From Octopus vulgaris (taxonomy: Eukaryota): a stretch of 64,000 nucleotides of DNA. Numbering within the stretch: position 1 is the stretch's first letter; each line of letters starts with the position of its first letter. The notes below the pieces were generated by a model. It was not told where the DNA came from and ran no database searches. It saw only the letters and a program-made list of their open reading frames with translations. Positions 39,501 through 54,400 of this stretch are shown piece after piece. The position numbers and the translations under genes were made by a program. Location of the stretch: assembly GCA_951406725.2 (NCBI GenBank), contig OX597835.1:15686001-15750000 (forward strand), given 5' to 3'.

Positions 39501-42500
39501 ATAAATGAAAGAAAAATATTAAGTCTGAAATAAGATTCTAAAGGATTATCTCAGCTGAGAATTTTTCTCATTTTGAATTAAATTTCTGATTTAAAAATTT
39601 TTTTTTTTTTTATAGAGGAGAACCTTTTTTTCTTCAAAGCTAACAAGGGCTTGATGTCTGTTTAACCCTTCTGTTACTGTATTTATTTTGAGATGCTCTG
39701 TGTTTCTTTCAATTAATTTAAAATATAACAAAGAATTTAGTAAAATAACTTAGTTATCATTCAGCTAGTGTCAGTAACATAAATTGTGACTAAGGTTTGG
39801 TGGAAGATTTTAATTCAAAACTTATGAAAACAAGACATTTGTACTCAGAGCCAGAGGCAGTTTCAGCCAGGTTGGTATCAAAAGGGTTAAGAATTGTTTC
39901 TTTATTATATATTTTAACCCTTTTGTTACCATATTTATTTTCAGATGCTCTATGTTTCTTTCAATTATTTTAAATATAACAAAGAATTTAGTAAAATAAC
40001 TTAGTTATCATTCAGCTAGTGTTAGGAACATAAATTGTGACTAAGATTTGGTGGAAGATTTTAATTCAAAACTTATGTAAACAAGACATTTGTACTCAGA
40101 GCCAGAGGCAATTTCAACCAGGTTGGTATCAAAAGGGTTAAGTTTAACTTTTTTTATTTTTAGTTTACTTTAACACAACCAACCACACTGTTATTTTACG
40201 GATTATTAACTACAAGAGACACTATCATGTAGCTCTTAGTATTTACAATGGCAGTGGTGATGTGTAGAGAGGGGGCCATGTTGGTTTATTGGTAGCACTG
40301 TTTCAATTGATTGAAATTGGCACTCCATTTTATTTATCTCAGATCACACACTGGAGATTATAAATAATGTTAGTCAACTGATTTAAATGACTTTTCTGAG
40401 AAAAGTCTGTTGTTATACTATAGTCTGGTTGATAGCCTCCACTTATTTTGGATCAAGTTTTGTATTACCCACTCTTATTACAGGTTAAAAACCGGTTTCC
40501 ACCTGCTTCAGGCCACAGATGGAGTCAACTAAATTAAATTTCAAACTACACCTCCTTTTGGTCTAAGACTGAAATATATTTAATGCTATCAATTAAATTC
40601 ATTCACAATTACTTCAGATTTCCAGAGAAATCTTTGTTTCCATTTACATCTTGAAATATGACTTGTCCTTCATTATTGAGCATCTTAGAATAAACTGACC
40701 ATTTAAGGATGCTTTAGACTGACTGACTACATATAACTGTAAAGTGAGTGTAGTACAATGTGTAAACGTTTAATGTTTAGTCATCTCAGCAGTTGCTACC
40801 ATTTTGTCATCACTACCACAGTGGTCATATTTGTTGTTACTGAGTCAACATGTTGAACACATTATTAGCTTCACTTCCTAAAGCTCACGCTTTATTTACT
40901 GAAATTTCTACCACACAGACCCCTATAGTTCATCATAATCATCATCATGATTTAACGTCCATTTTTCATGCTGGCATGGGTTGGACAGCTTGACAGGAAC
41001 TGGCAAGGCCAGGGGGCTACACCCGGTTCCATAGTCTCTTTTGGTATGGTTTCTACAGCGGGATGCCAACCACTTTACAGAGTGTACTGGGTGCTTTTTA
41101 CGTGGCTCCAGCACCCACGCCAATGCTTTTTACATGGCACCTTGGTTTTAGGATCTCAATTCTGTTGCGGTGGGCGAGTCTTCTCGAGTACAGCAATGTA
41201 CCATAAATCTTGGTCCCCTGCCGTCTCCTTTGTAAGGGTCAGCATTTTGAGATCAGCATTCAGTGTTTCATTCCATGTCTTCCTGTGTCTCCCTGTTCAT
41301 TAAATAAATACCATCGACCCCTGGACATTACTGTTTTGATTTCCAAGATTCATAGGGTTATCCAGTTTCCATGACGTATAAGTAAATGAGATCATAACAT
41401 TCCCCCTGGACATAGTGCCAGTTCATCGCAGGGTTACTCATTCACTGTTGCAAGGACTGGAACAACATGAAACAGTGTTTTGTTCGCAGGACACGATGCA
41501 CCATGAGTGTACTCCCTAACCTCTAGGTCATGTGCCCTCACTAAATATCGCAATAATAGATTTTTCTGTAGCTAATTGGCATTTAATGGTAACAGAAAAT
41601 TTAATTTAATGCCTGGTTTTGTATTTATTTGAATAATATGGCGCTTTGAAATTAGCGGAGGAAAAAGTCATAATTAAATTTGCAGATACGATTCTGTTTC
41701 CAGATTTGACTTTGAGCATAACCAAGATGAACAAATCCATTTAGAATGTTTCTGTGTTATTGCCAGCGGTATCAAGGTAAGTGACAGTCACCTGTTATGT
41801 ATTGTAATTAATTAACAATGTTAACATACCAATGAAACAACCAAACTCCTAATAACTAATTAAAAGATGGGTATTTGGGGCAAACTAATTCACTAAAACC
41901 TTTTATAATAATTATTATTATAGCCTCTGAAACCATCCTTATTGTTATTTTATTGTTCAATTTATTAATAAGACTCTGTTACATTCAAAGTACTATTACT
42001 TTGAATGATCTTAATGGTGAGCCATGTACCCTTTTGGGATCTCACCTGATATTTCAGACAGGTGAGATACTAAAGAAATCAAGAACTCATGGCTAGTAGT
42101 CCAGCTCTTTCAAATTTCTCAAAATTCTTTGAGTTATAAAATGTAATTTACCTGCAATGACAGTACTTTCTGTGACTTAACTCTGTTCAACTGCAGATGT
42201 GTTGTAGCCCTCACCTCTTCCTCCTTCACTACAGCTTTTAGAATATGTGAGAAAACATAGGAATTACTCTCAGTAGCATCCTGTATAAAACATTTGTTTC
42301 TAGTCCAGAGGAAAAGAGTAAAATAATTGTGCTTCTTTGTATCATCCCTGGACAATCCTACATGTTCTGTGACTAAGGTATATTTAATTTTGCTGAGGCT
42401 TGTTTTAAAGTTAAATTTATCTCAGTATATTAAGTAACAAGGACAGTCCATGAAGTCTGACCGATGGAGTGAAATATATTCTTAAACAACCTGGTGGTTC

Positions 42501-45500
42501 GGATCACTAAACTATCCTCCAATGGAACAGACAAATGTTTTTACTTCTCTTTTTTTTTTATCCTAATTTATGAAGCAAAGCAAACAAAGAAGACAAAATT
42601 GTCTCTGTGATGTTTTCTTTGAGGAATTTGGCATTGTTGGTTTTCCTGAGTTTGGGTATCAACTGACATTTGTAGCCATAGCTTTTGCATTTCACCCCAA
42701 ATTCGGATGGGAAGAAGTGGGCAAGCTTCAGAGTAATTCAATTTTCCATTTCAAGAAACAAGTGAGCAAACCAGTTTTTACAGTCAGATATGTGGAGGGT
42801 CACAACTAGGCGTAAAATCCTGTGACGTTGTTCGACAAATGCAGCTGTTTATATAATCTGGAGGGAATGTGGATGAAGCAATTCTGAATCTCCCTTTTGG
42901 AATACGATCCTAAATATTACATTTTCACTTTCTAGAGTACTGCTAATGGAACTTGGTTGAAGAATATGATCTTGGAGCATGGTATTGTCAATTCAGCTGT
43001 GGATTTCATTTTATCTCACGCTCCTCCAGTGAAGACAATTGGGTAAGTACCATATACGTATCATCATCATTGTCATCTCTATCATCTTTTAACATCCATC
43101 TTCTAGATTCTTATATATTTCAGTTCATTTTCCAGTCAATTTATAATTTGCTGTTTTATTTTCACTGTTGCAGCACAAGTTGTCAGAGTCGTACAGAAGA
43201 AATGAGGTGAATTATGTTCATATTATATTCTAACCTTTCTTTCGCCTTGAGTGTTTTAAGACAATCTAGGAACTTGAGAAGACTGAAAGTGCTTTTAGTT
43301 CAAGTTTTAACTAACATCACTTCAGAGAAAATATTGTGAATTCTCACCTTTTCCATGTAGTAGAACAAGTTCAAAATATTAAAGTTTTATGTTTACATTA
43401 TAATTCAACATTTCCATATCCAAGTGGACTTCTTAACCTGATATTCTACCTGCTGTCATTTATTACTCTGTCTACCATTAAAAATAATTTACTTCATATC
43501 TTATCCAAGTTTCTTGATTTTTATCATGTAAGCAGGTATAGGCATGGATATGTGGTAAAAACTTGCTTCCCAAATACATGGTTCCAGGTTCAGTCCCGCT
43601 GTGTGGCACCTTGGGCAAGTTTCTTCTACTATAACTTTGGGCTAACCAAAGCTTTGTGAGCGGACTTGGTAGATGGAAACTAAAAGAAGCCCATCACGTG
43701 TGTGTGCCCGTGTTTGTCCCCCATCACCACCACCACCACCACTTGACAACCAGTGTTAGTGTGTTTACATTCCTGCAACTTGGCAGGCAGTTTGGTAAAA
43801 GAGACTGATAGAATAAGTACTAGTCTTTAAAAAGTCCTGGGGTCGATTTGTTCAACTTAAAACCCTTCAAGGTGGTGCCCCAGCATGGCTGCAGTCAAAT
43901 GACTGAAACAAAAGATAAAAGACAAGCCTCTTATAATTCTTGCTGGTAGGAATAAAGATTCCTAAATGGATGGAGAAAATTCCAAAGTTGCTTTGGTATA
44001 ACAGCCATGTTGACAGAAAATGTGGGTTCAAGTTCTACATGCAGCCTTCAACTTATTTTCCATCCAAGGGTTTTTTTAATCCAATATTCTACATGTTAAT
44101 ATTTATAGCTTTTCTTTCTACTTTGAGTCCCATTGTTAAAAAATAGTTTTCCAGCAGTTATATATTTTATAAATTTAAATTTCTCTTTTTGTATTCTTTG
44201 TTATTTTTGTTTTCCTTAATCAGTCATGCATGAATGAGGTCTTATTTGAGTTTTGTCTTTCTTTTAGCACTGACACAGAAGACTGGCAGGAGTTCCTTGG
44301 AAAAGCATCTTTGAGTTATGTTCTCCGATTGTTGACAGGATTATGTTCTGGACACACTGGAACTCAGGTAGTTAAGACTTCTTTTTATTGACATTCATGA
44401 CCAGAGAGGAACAGTTATTGTTCAATAGAGATAATGCATTGAATCAAATTTCTTACACTTGAAATTAGTAATGTTATCATCAAATGTATTTATAACAAGA
44501 GAAAAAAATATAAGTTAGAATTTCTTCAAAATTCTTGACAAGTGAGAGAAAAAATTGCCCTTGTCAACTTAAGACATTAAATGACATAAGTTATGTTTTA
44601 ATTTACAGCTTCATAGCAAAAAATATCTTCACATTTGCTAGATGCATCATATTTGAAGTCCATTGACTAAGCAATTGATCTTTCATTTAATGAGTTCAAG
44701 TCTGGAGTATATATCAATAAGTTTAATAGTTTGTTAACCATTCTACATTAAAACTTTCCATATATGCCAAACATCAGTTTGATTGCGACTGTTATTTTAC
44801 TAAATACTTCATAATATTCAAAATTAAAACAACAGCTTCATTATGATTATTATTATTATGGTTGTGAGCTGGCAGAATCATTAGCATGAGAGGCGAAATG
44901 CTTGGCGGTGTTTTATCAGCCACTACATTCTGACTTCAAATTCCCCCAAGGTCAACTTTGCCTTTCATCTTTTCAGGGTCAATAAATAAAGCACCAGTTG
45001 CGTACTGGTGTCAGTATAATTGATTTACCCCTCCCCCAAATTTTAGGCCTTGTGCCTATAGTAGAAAGGATTATTATGATTATCATTATTATTATTATTA
45101 TTATTAAATAGCATAAAGCCTGAAATTTTTAAGGTAGTTGCTTCATGTAATATTTCTAATGTTGGCACAAACAGAAAGTGGTCAGCTGATGACATTGACT
45201 TCAGGTACTGGATTGGGACTTCATTTTATCAACTCTGAAAGAATGAGAAGTAAAGTTGACCTTGGCAGGATTTGAACTCAGAATATAAAGAGCTGGAAGA
45301 GAAGTCGCTAACAATTCTGCCAGCTCGCTACCTTTGCTTCATGGAATGATGGATTCAAATTCTGGCACAATGTCAGCAATTTTGAAGGAAGGGGAAAGTC
45401 AGTGACATAAACCCAGTTCTTGACTGGAACTTTATTTTATTGACCCTAAAAAAAAATAAATAAAAGGCAAGGTTGACTTTGGCAGTATTTGAACACAGAA

Positions 45501-48500
45501 CAGAGCTGGAAGGAATACTGTTAAGCATTTTTGTCCAATGTGTTATCAATTGGACCAGCTTGCTATCTTAATCTTCATCATCATTTAGCGTCCACTTTCC
45601 ATGCTAGCATGGGTTGGACGGTTCAACTGGGGTCTGTGAAGCCAGAAGTCTGCATCAGGCCCAGTCTGATCTGGCAGTGTTTCTACAGCTGGATGCCCTT
45701 CCTAACGCCAACCACTCCGTGAGTGTAGTGGGTGCTTTTTATGTGCCACCCGCACAGGTGCCAGACGGAGCTGCCAAACGGCCACGGACGGATGGTGCTT
45801 TTTACGTGCCACCGGCACGGGGGCCAGGCAAGGCTGGCAATGGCCACGAACGGATGGTGCTTTTATGTGTTAGAATAATAATATCAAATATGTCTTTTAT
45901 GTTTGGCCAAGCTGTAGTAATCAGTAACTGGAACAAAACAGAAGCGGATCGCCAGAAGGAAATTGGGATTCGTTAAATAAACATCTAAAAACATTAGTTT
46001 TTGTGAGAATGAGAAACATGGCTATATTGATAATGCTTTTGTAATTAATCCTTTACTGATGATCTTTTTTTTTTCCTCACTTTTCATGTCTTCTCTGCGT
46101 CTGGCAGTTATTAGTTGGAGAAGAGTGTATTCCAATTCTTCACAAGCTCGAACAGATTTCTTCAGATAAACACATAGGTACAATGGCAGAGAATTTACTG
46201 GAAGCTCTGAAGGAAAATGAACAGACGGCAGCTAAGGTACGTACAACACTTGCTAACGGGGATAGCATCCAAATTTTATTGGATACTCTTTTACTCTCTT
46301 TTACTTGTTTCAGTCATTTGACTGTGGCCATGTTGGAGCACCGCCTTTAGTCGAGCAAATCGACCCCGGGACTTATTCTTTGTAAGCCCAGTACTTATTC
46401 TATCGGTCTCTTTTGCCGAATCGCTAAGTGACAGGGACGTAAACACACCAGCATCGGTTGTCAAGCAATGCTAGGGGGACAGACACAGACACACAAACAT
46501 ATACACACACACTTATATATATATATACATATATACGACAGGCTTCTTTCAGTTTCCGTCTACCAAATCCACTCACAGGGCATTGGTCGGCCCGGGGCTA
46601 TAGCAGAAGACACTTGCCCAAGATGCCACGCAGTGGGACTGAACCCAGAACCATGTGGTTGGTTAGCAAGCTACTTACCACACAGCCACTCCTGTTTGCA
46701 TGGAATGTATTTATTGTATACTAAGTGAAGACCTATAGTTCTAATGCTTAGAGAGTTACACTCACACTCACAAGACCATGGTTTCGATTCTCAGACTGGG
46801 TGGGGTGTTTTGTTCTTGAGCAAAACGCATCGTTTCATGTTGCTTGGGTCCACTCAGCTGTAAACAAATTACTCCAAGATGGACCAGGATCCTGTTCAGG
46901 AGAAATGCTGTGATCTCAGTCATTTCTATGCCAGGGAAACTATGTAAATGGCCCCAATGAGTCCTTGGGATTTGAAACTGTATTTAAGGAAATAATGTAG
47001 TTTCCTTAACTCTTTGGAGATGAAACCAGTTTTATATGACATAAGAATAATAATGAGGACGTTCTTGGAACTTTCAGTGGTAAATTATTCTTATTCTGTT
47101 GTCCAGACTAAGGGTATTCTTGTATTATATAAGTGTGCACTCATGCACACACGATATTCTTGTGCTTGTGGTGATGCTGTTTGTTCCACTTGAGAAACTT
47201 TTTTCAGGTGAAAGAAAGAAATTAAAGTCAGGTGTGTTTTCTCCCCAAAGCTTTATCCTTTGCCAGCTTTTTAGCATAGTTGGAGCATTAAGGCCTGTAG
47301 GCAAATATACTGAATAAAAATTACGACTACAACGGCAAAAAATAAAAGCAGATTTGTGATGGTCTGTATCGTTGAAGCTAAATTAATACAATTCATAAAT
47401 TAGGTTCATCATCTCACTACATATGAACTTGTCTTGCATCATCATCATCAGTGTTTAATGTGTGCTTTCCATGCTAGCATGGGTTGGACGATTTGACTGA
47501 GGACTGACGAACCAGATAGCTGCACCAGGCTCCAATCTTGATCTGGCAGAGTTTCTACAGCTGGATGCCCTTCTTAATGCTAAGAGTGTAGTGGGTGCTT
47601 TTACATGCCACCGGCACAAGGGCCAGTCAGGCAGTACAGGCAACGGCCACGCTCAAATGGTGTTTTTTTATGTGCCTTACATAAAATCTAATACATATAT
47701 TGCTTGGAACACTTTGGATATGAATGCAATGTTGAATAAGTAAATCCTACAGAAAACTGCTTGTCTTCCAGCAAGTGAAGTTTGTCACTTGGTTTTAATT
47801 GAAGTTATTTCACCTGTAAGAAACTGAGTTTGGTCAGTTGAATGTTTATTGTGAAAGAGTGATTTGGAAAATCATAAGTGGGTTAATTAAGGCTTTGAGC
47901 AGTGAGTCAGAAAATGAAGACATTCTGTGAATCAATTCTGGTAAGATATAAGCAGAGCAGACTGAAGAATGTCAGGCGTTTTGGGAATTTTTAGAATTAA
48001 TCCTTTAGCATTTATATTATTCTCTCGTTATGTAATGCTTATTTATTCACATAGTTTTGAATTTATCATACATTATCTCGTTATTTGAGAATTTTGATGG
48101 TATGATTGCATATTTCTAGAATAACATTGTAAGGTAGGTGTGAGAAGCCAGATCTGGCTGGTTTGAACTTAAATAAGTATGCTGAAGATTTAAGCTGATT
48201 CTTCATTGATGTGCATCTTAAGGATTCTTCATTGATAACCTGACTCGTGACATTAAAATGTTGAAACTAAATTTGGATATGAACATCATCTTTTTTCATT
48301 TGTTTCTCTTTAGATAATTGATGTACGGAAACAAACAAAAGCAGAAAAGAAACGACTAGCAATGGCTGTTCGGATGAAACAACTTGGTGCATTGGGCATG
48401 ACGGTGAGTATGAGAGTCCTGAGGACTTGATGGAACTAACGTTGACACCAGTACATGCATCTCATCTACCCTTGTTGCATCTCTAGTTACAATATAGTCT

Positions 48501-51435
48501 TTTATTTGATTAGTGTCAGTCATTGGGGTGCGGTTATATTGGGGGAGTTCCTTGAAGCGTTCAGTTACTTGTTTCAATCCCAGTTTTGATTTTGGTCGGG
48601 TGTAGACAGGGTGGCCCAAAAGTAGGTTTACAGTTATTCGACTATCCCTTTCACATTCATATATTAACAGTTTAGATCTTAATTATATAAAAAAAATATG
48701 AAACCATTATTCAGCAAGATGGAGCACCTCCACATTATGCGTTGACAGTAAGAGACTACCTTAACCAAGCCTTTCCACAGCATTGGTTTGGAAGACGGGG
48801 CAGCATCGAATGGCCACCGTGTTTACCTGACCTGACACCAACGGAGTTCTTTTTTTTTTGGAGTGTTGTAAAGAACAAGGTTTACGAGAAGAATCCCCAA
48901 AACAGTAAATGACTTAAAAGATTACATTTTTGATGCATTCACTGGAATTGAGGGAGATTGGAATTTGTGCTGCACTGTGTGTCAGTGTGTCCTGAAGATG
49001 TTTGAAGAATGTTGCAATGTCCACAAGGAGGACATTTTGAGAATCTGAGAGATTAAGCATTGTCTGTTTAAGATGTGTATAAACACAAGAGGAGTGCAAG
49101 GATATTGACTGGTACAGTTAAAGGTGATAGGCAATTTGATGTCTATTCCAGCAGCATTAGTTGTGGAAGACTGAAAGAGCCACAGCCTGGGCTGTTCCCC
49201 TGCAAGAGAGTAACTTCTGTGATTCTACCAACTACCAATCTATTGACTTGACTTCCGTCATCCCAAAGATGCTGGAAATAGTTAGTAGCAGTCAGATTTT
49301 TTCATCACCTTCCATCTCTCTTCAGTGGTCACTTTTCTAACCACTGATAAGCCAGATCTAGTGGGGGTTTGCTTTTTTATATCAATCACCAGCTGTGGCC
49401 CTTCATTAATGAGAACTTCAGCAAAAGTAATTTTATTACATCTGACATCAGCAAAACCTTCAGTTGTGCCTGACATGAGTATCTCTGAGCAAAGTTGCCC
49501 ATTTATGGTCCCATGTTTGTCTCTCAGTCCTGGAATCGGAAACTTCCTCTCATATTGTGCCATTGCAGCTAATGCAGGTAGGCCTCCTTCTAACCCACAC
49601 TTTATCAACTAGGTACTCCAAAGTTTGGTAATATCTTTGCCAGTCTTCCATCTGTGCATTAACAACTTATTTGTTGTCACTTCTCACAATACAAATTCCC
49701 TGTTTTATCTTCCAGCATGAAGTATCATTCATATATAGCTTAAGCACTTTTTCCTCTTTTCAGCCAATATCATGGATGCAATTACCATAAGGAAACCAAT
49801 ACTAATCAGTTGTACTTCGTTATATTTTTCAGACAAATGAAAAGGGCCAAGTAACTGTCAAAAGTTCTGTTCTCAAACAAATGGAAGAATTAAAGGAAGA
49901 AATAGGTCTTACTTGTTGTATTTGTCGAGAAGGTTATAAATATCAACCACAGAAGGTTAGTGTGTCTTGTTCTCTTTTAACAACTGTTTAATTATTTGCC
50001 TAATGATAACGAGTGAAAATACCCAACTAGATGATAATATGAGCTCATGTTTTTTTTTTTCCTTCTTAACAAAAGCATTTTGAAATTATCACATTTTGTC
50101 TTAATAATTATGTAGACACAGGTCTTCAGTATCTGCTTTGGCAAGGTTTCTAGGGCTGGATGCCCTTCCTAACACCAGTCACTTTACAGAGTGCACAGGG
50201 TGCTTTTATGTGGCACCAGCACTAGTTATGCTGCCAAGTAACTCACAGGACGAGACCTCATGATAGTGGGAGTGGGAAAGGGTGCAGTATCAAGGGGAGT
50301 GGCTTTGCACCAGGTTTTGAGTTGTTAAAGTATGGTAGTAGGACAGAAACTGGTGTTTTGCTGTAGAAGAGATACCTGACCATCCCAACAGAAAAAGGAT
50401 AGTGGAGATGAGGTATCAGGGCATGCCATCTAGGTACAAAATGGTGAATAAAAAAAAAAAAAAAGTAGATGCAAGAATTGAGGATGGCTGGGTGGGTACT
50501 TATGGGTACATATTATTATATTATTCATTATGATTTATAAAGTTTATTTTAATATGATTCATTTTTTTCTCCCTGTTGTGAATAGGTCTTAGGTATTTAT
50601 ACATTTACTAAACGAGCCAACCTTGACAACTATGAGAATAAGACAAGGAAGTCACAAGGCTACAGTACAGTATCCCACTTTAATGTCGTGCATGTTGACT
50701 GTCACACGGCTGCTGTCAGGTTTGTCATTTCTCGTTTTTATTCTGTTATTATTTTGACATTTTCCTTGTTGTGTTTTGCCTTCATTTGTTCCTAAATAAA
50801 TCTGATCCCGTCTGTTGTTTGTTATTGATTAGACATGCAAGAGGTCGAGAGGAATGGGAAAGTGCTGCTTTACAAAACGCAAACACTAAGTGCAATGGTT
50901 TATTACCTCTGTGGGGCCCGCAAGTCCAGGAGTCAGTGTTTGCCACTTGTCTTGCCAGGTAAGTCATATTCAACACTTAACAGATGACAAATTTATATTA
51001 AAAACTAAAGCTTTTTGAAAGACCTCATGTTTTCTTCATAGTTGTCAGGCAGAAAACACCTTAGAGCAGATCAGATGTAAACTATACCTTTACTTTAGCA
51101 GAGGCGGAGGTAATAAATTTATTCAGTCTTGTTAATTTTTCAAAATTAAACTTCAAGTATTCTTTATAAAATGTTTGTATGTATATCTGTGTATTTATGT
51201 ACATGTGTAGGTATATACACAGATATCACTAAAGCAGTAAATACCATCATTTTGGAAAAATTCCTAGAAGCAAAACCATGTCATTTGATACTTTTAAATA
51301 CTTAATCTAGTGTGTGGTAGACATGCCTTGTATGTAACACAGTAGCAAGACTGAAGCACCGACTAATGTCTGCACTGATAAAATGATATGAAGAGGGCTA
51401 TCTATTTATTTTTGAGATGTGTGTATGTATGTATG

Positions 51436-51473
<38 letters not shown>

Positions 51474-54400
51474 CTTGATTTTTTCTTCTTCAGGCATAAT
51501 GCTTACTTACAAGAATGTACTGGTGTCCGGGATCCAAGCTATCCGTACACCATACAAGATATAAAGTTGTTACTGTTAAGGTTTTCTCATGAAAAGTCTT
51601 TCAGTGAAGACAGTGGAGGAGGTGGTCGCCAAAGTAATATGCACCTTGTACCGTACTTAATGCACATGGCATTATATGTCATAAACACGTGAGTATCTGT
51701 TTGTTTCTCTCTCACTTACCCACCTTACATACAACTCCCTTTTTCTATTTAAAAAAAAAATTCTTAGTTTAACCTTAAAATCTTTAGAATTTTTGTATTT
51801 CTATTTCAAATCCTTTTTCTCCCTAGTGTACAGAAAGAGTTTAACAATTATATCTGCTCAAAGATTTGTGCCAATATAGTGTAGTTAGCCCTGAACATGA
51901 ACTTTCAACTCCTCCTGTCTTAGTTTTTACAATAAATGCATTTGGGTCATGTTATTGGCTTTAATCTAAAAAGAATTTGTAATTAACATGTTTTATCAAA
52001 ATAAACATATTCAAAATACAATATCCTCACAGGCCATTTTCTAGAATCATCATCGATTCTAAGGGGTGTCAGTGTGGAAGGAGAAGTGGCTAAAGCGGGG
52101 TCAATGTTTGAAAACGTTTGGTGACCCTTCAGTTACGTCTGACAATCACTTACACGTGATGCCAAGGCACGTGTGTGCACATATACACAAAATGAGCTCC
52201 TTTCAGTTTCCGTCTATTAAACCCGCTCGCAAAGCTTTGATCAGCCTGGGGCTAAGGTGGAAGACACTTGCTCAGAGTGCCGTGCAGTAGGACTGAACCC
52301 GGAACCATATGGTTGGCGAGCCAACTTCTTACCACACAGCCACACCTGCACTTAATCAAAAAAAAAAAAGTAATTGACCAACTTTAATCTAGTTCAAAAT
52401 TATTTTTATGAATTGTTTACAGACTGAAGCATACAACAAATGGAATTGTTTCTCTTTCAGAACTCGGTCCGTTCCTCGAGAAGAAAAGAATCTTAGTAAC
52501 TTTTTGGAAATGCCTAAAGAGAAATGGGTAGAAAACTGTTTTGAGGTAAAGAGAAAAAAATTGGATTTTAATAAAAACTTTGAGCTTTTTCCACAATCCT
52601 GTCTTACTTGGCTTTGTATATTAAAAGAGGAAGTGGTTGGTGTCTAATTTCAATTTTTATTTTTGCTCAACAGGCAGAAGGTCCGTTGTATTGGTCAGTG
52701 ATGGCTGTTCATATTTTATCACCTCAAAAGTGGAGAGATCACCGAGTTAGTCTGATTGAGCGACTCTTTATCCTTGCACATGCGAGAAATGTTTGCTCGA
52801 CTGGAGCGAAAGCGTAAGTCATCTTTTTTTTTTTTAATCTTTTACTTGTGTTACTCACCACCAAACTGCACCCATACTGGAGCACAGCTTTGAAGGGTTT
52901 TAAATAAAGAAGCCAACAACAGTACTTTTCATTTTAAGTCTGGTATTCATTCTGTTGGTCCCTTTTGCCAAATTGCTAAGTTACTGGGATGTAAACAAAC
53001 CAGTACCGGTTGTCAAGTGGTGGCGGAGGACAGACTCACATGCATGTGCGCACATGCACACTGGTCTTCTTTCAGTTACCATCTGCCAGATCCATTTGCA
53101 AGGCTTTGGTCTGCCTAGGGCTATAGTATAATAGAAGGCATTTGCCCAAGGTGCCGTACAGTGGGACTGAACCTGGAACCATATGGTTGGGAAGCAAGTT
53201 TCTTACCCACACATTCACATCTGCACTCAAGTTGGTGATTTCTTGTTCATTTCATGTAAAAGACTGGAAAAAAAAAAAGTATTGAAAATGAATCCAATTA
53301 GATAAGGAGGTGGGGAACTTCTAACTCTGAAAATTCCTCTGAGAATTTTAAGCTCAAAGTTGCCAAATGTCAATGCATTATTGCTACTGTTTCATCAGAA
53401 AGTAGGAACATAATCCAAATGTGATAATCCTAATCTTGTTATATTCTTGAGCATTTTCAAACATATCTCTCTTATAAAGTTTAATGTAAAATTTGTTTTT
53501 GCTTGAAACACATTGATACACATACTCTCTTTTTGTGATCTACTTTACAATGAGAAGTAATATTGTTTTATCATATTTTATTTACAGATTACCAGATCGT
53601 ACACTGAAAGATCTTTCCGTATATAAACCTGCCTTTGTATTTTTTGGTCTCTTATCCGGGTTATATGACAAAATCTTTAAGGTGAGTTACTTATTTCTTT
53701 TGCAATTTAAAACATAGTCACAATATTTAAATTGTTTGTGGAAAAGTTGCGCATAAAAAGCACTGGTGCTGGACCCACATAAAAAGCATCCATGCTGATG
53801 CCACAGGAAAAGCACCTGTGCCTGTGGCACGTAAAGGGCGCCCATGCCTGTGGCATGTAAAGGGCTCCTGTGCCGGTGACACAAAAAAGGGCACCCATGC
53901 TGGTGACACGGAAAAGGGCACCCATGCCGGTGACATGTAAAGGGCACGTAAAGAGCTCCCACTACATTCTATAAAGTGGTTGGCATTAGGAAGGGCATCC
54001 AGCCATAGAAACCATACCAAAACAAACAATTGCATCCTAATGCAGCTCTCTGGCTGGTCAGCTTCTATCAAACCATCCAATGCATGCCAGCATGGAAAAT
54101 GGATGTTAAATAATGATGATGAAATCAGTGTTCCTTGTCCAGACTGACGGAGATATTCAGGCATCTGCTCCAAGTGAATTTAGGTTTCCAACAGCTTCTA
54201 CAGGTGACATATCAACCCTATTGTTTACCTCCTCCAACATACAACAAGGCCACCACTACCAATTCTCCCCCCCCCCCCGTCTAAAAGTAACATGACAAAT
54301 GGTAGATTTATTCACCTTGCAAGAGTCTAGAAGTCTTAAGATCTCCTTATTTTTTCTTGTACATCAGTTTTTGTCTTGGCATCATTTGGAGGTTGTAAAG

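Noticed and set aside
42040-42069. Apparent 4-nt microexon tttcag|ACAG|gtgaga
   Set aside because: It would shift the frame in a phase-0 intron; better explained as a small palindrome ATCTCACCTG...CAGGTGAGAT.
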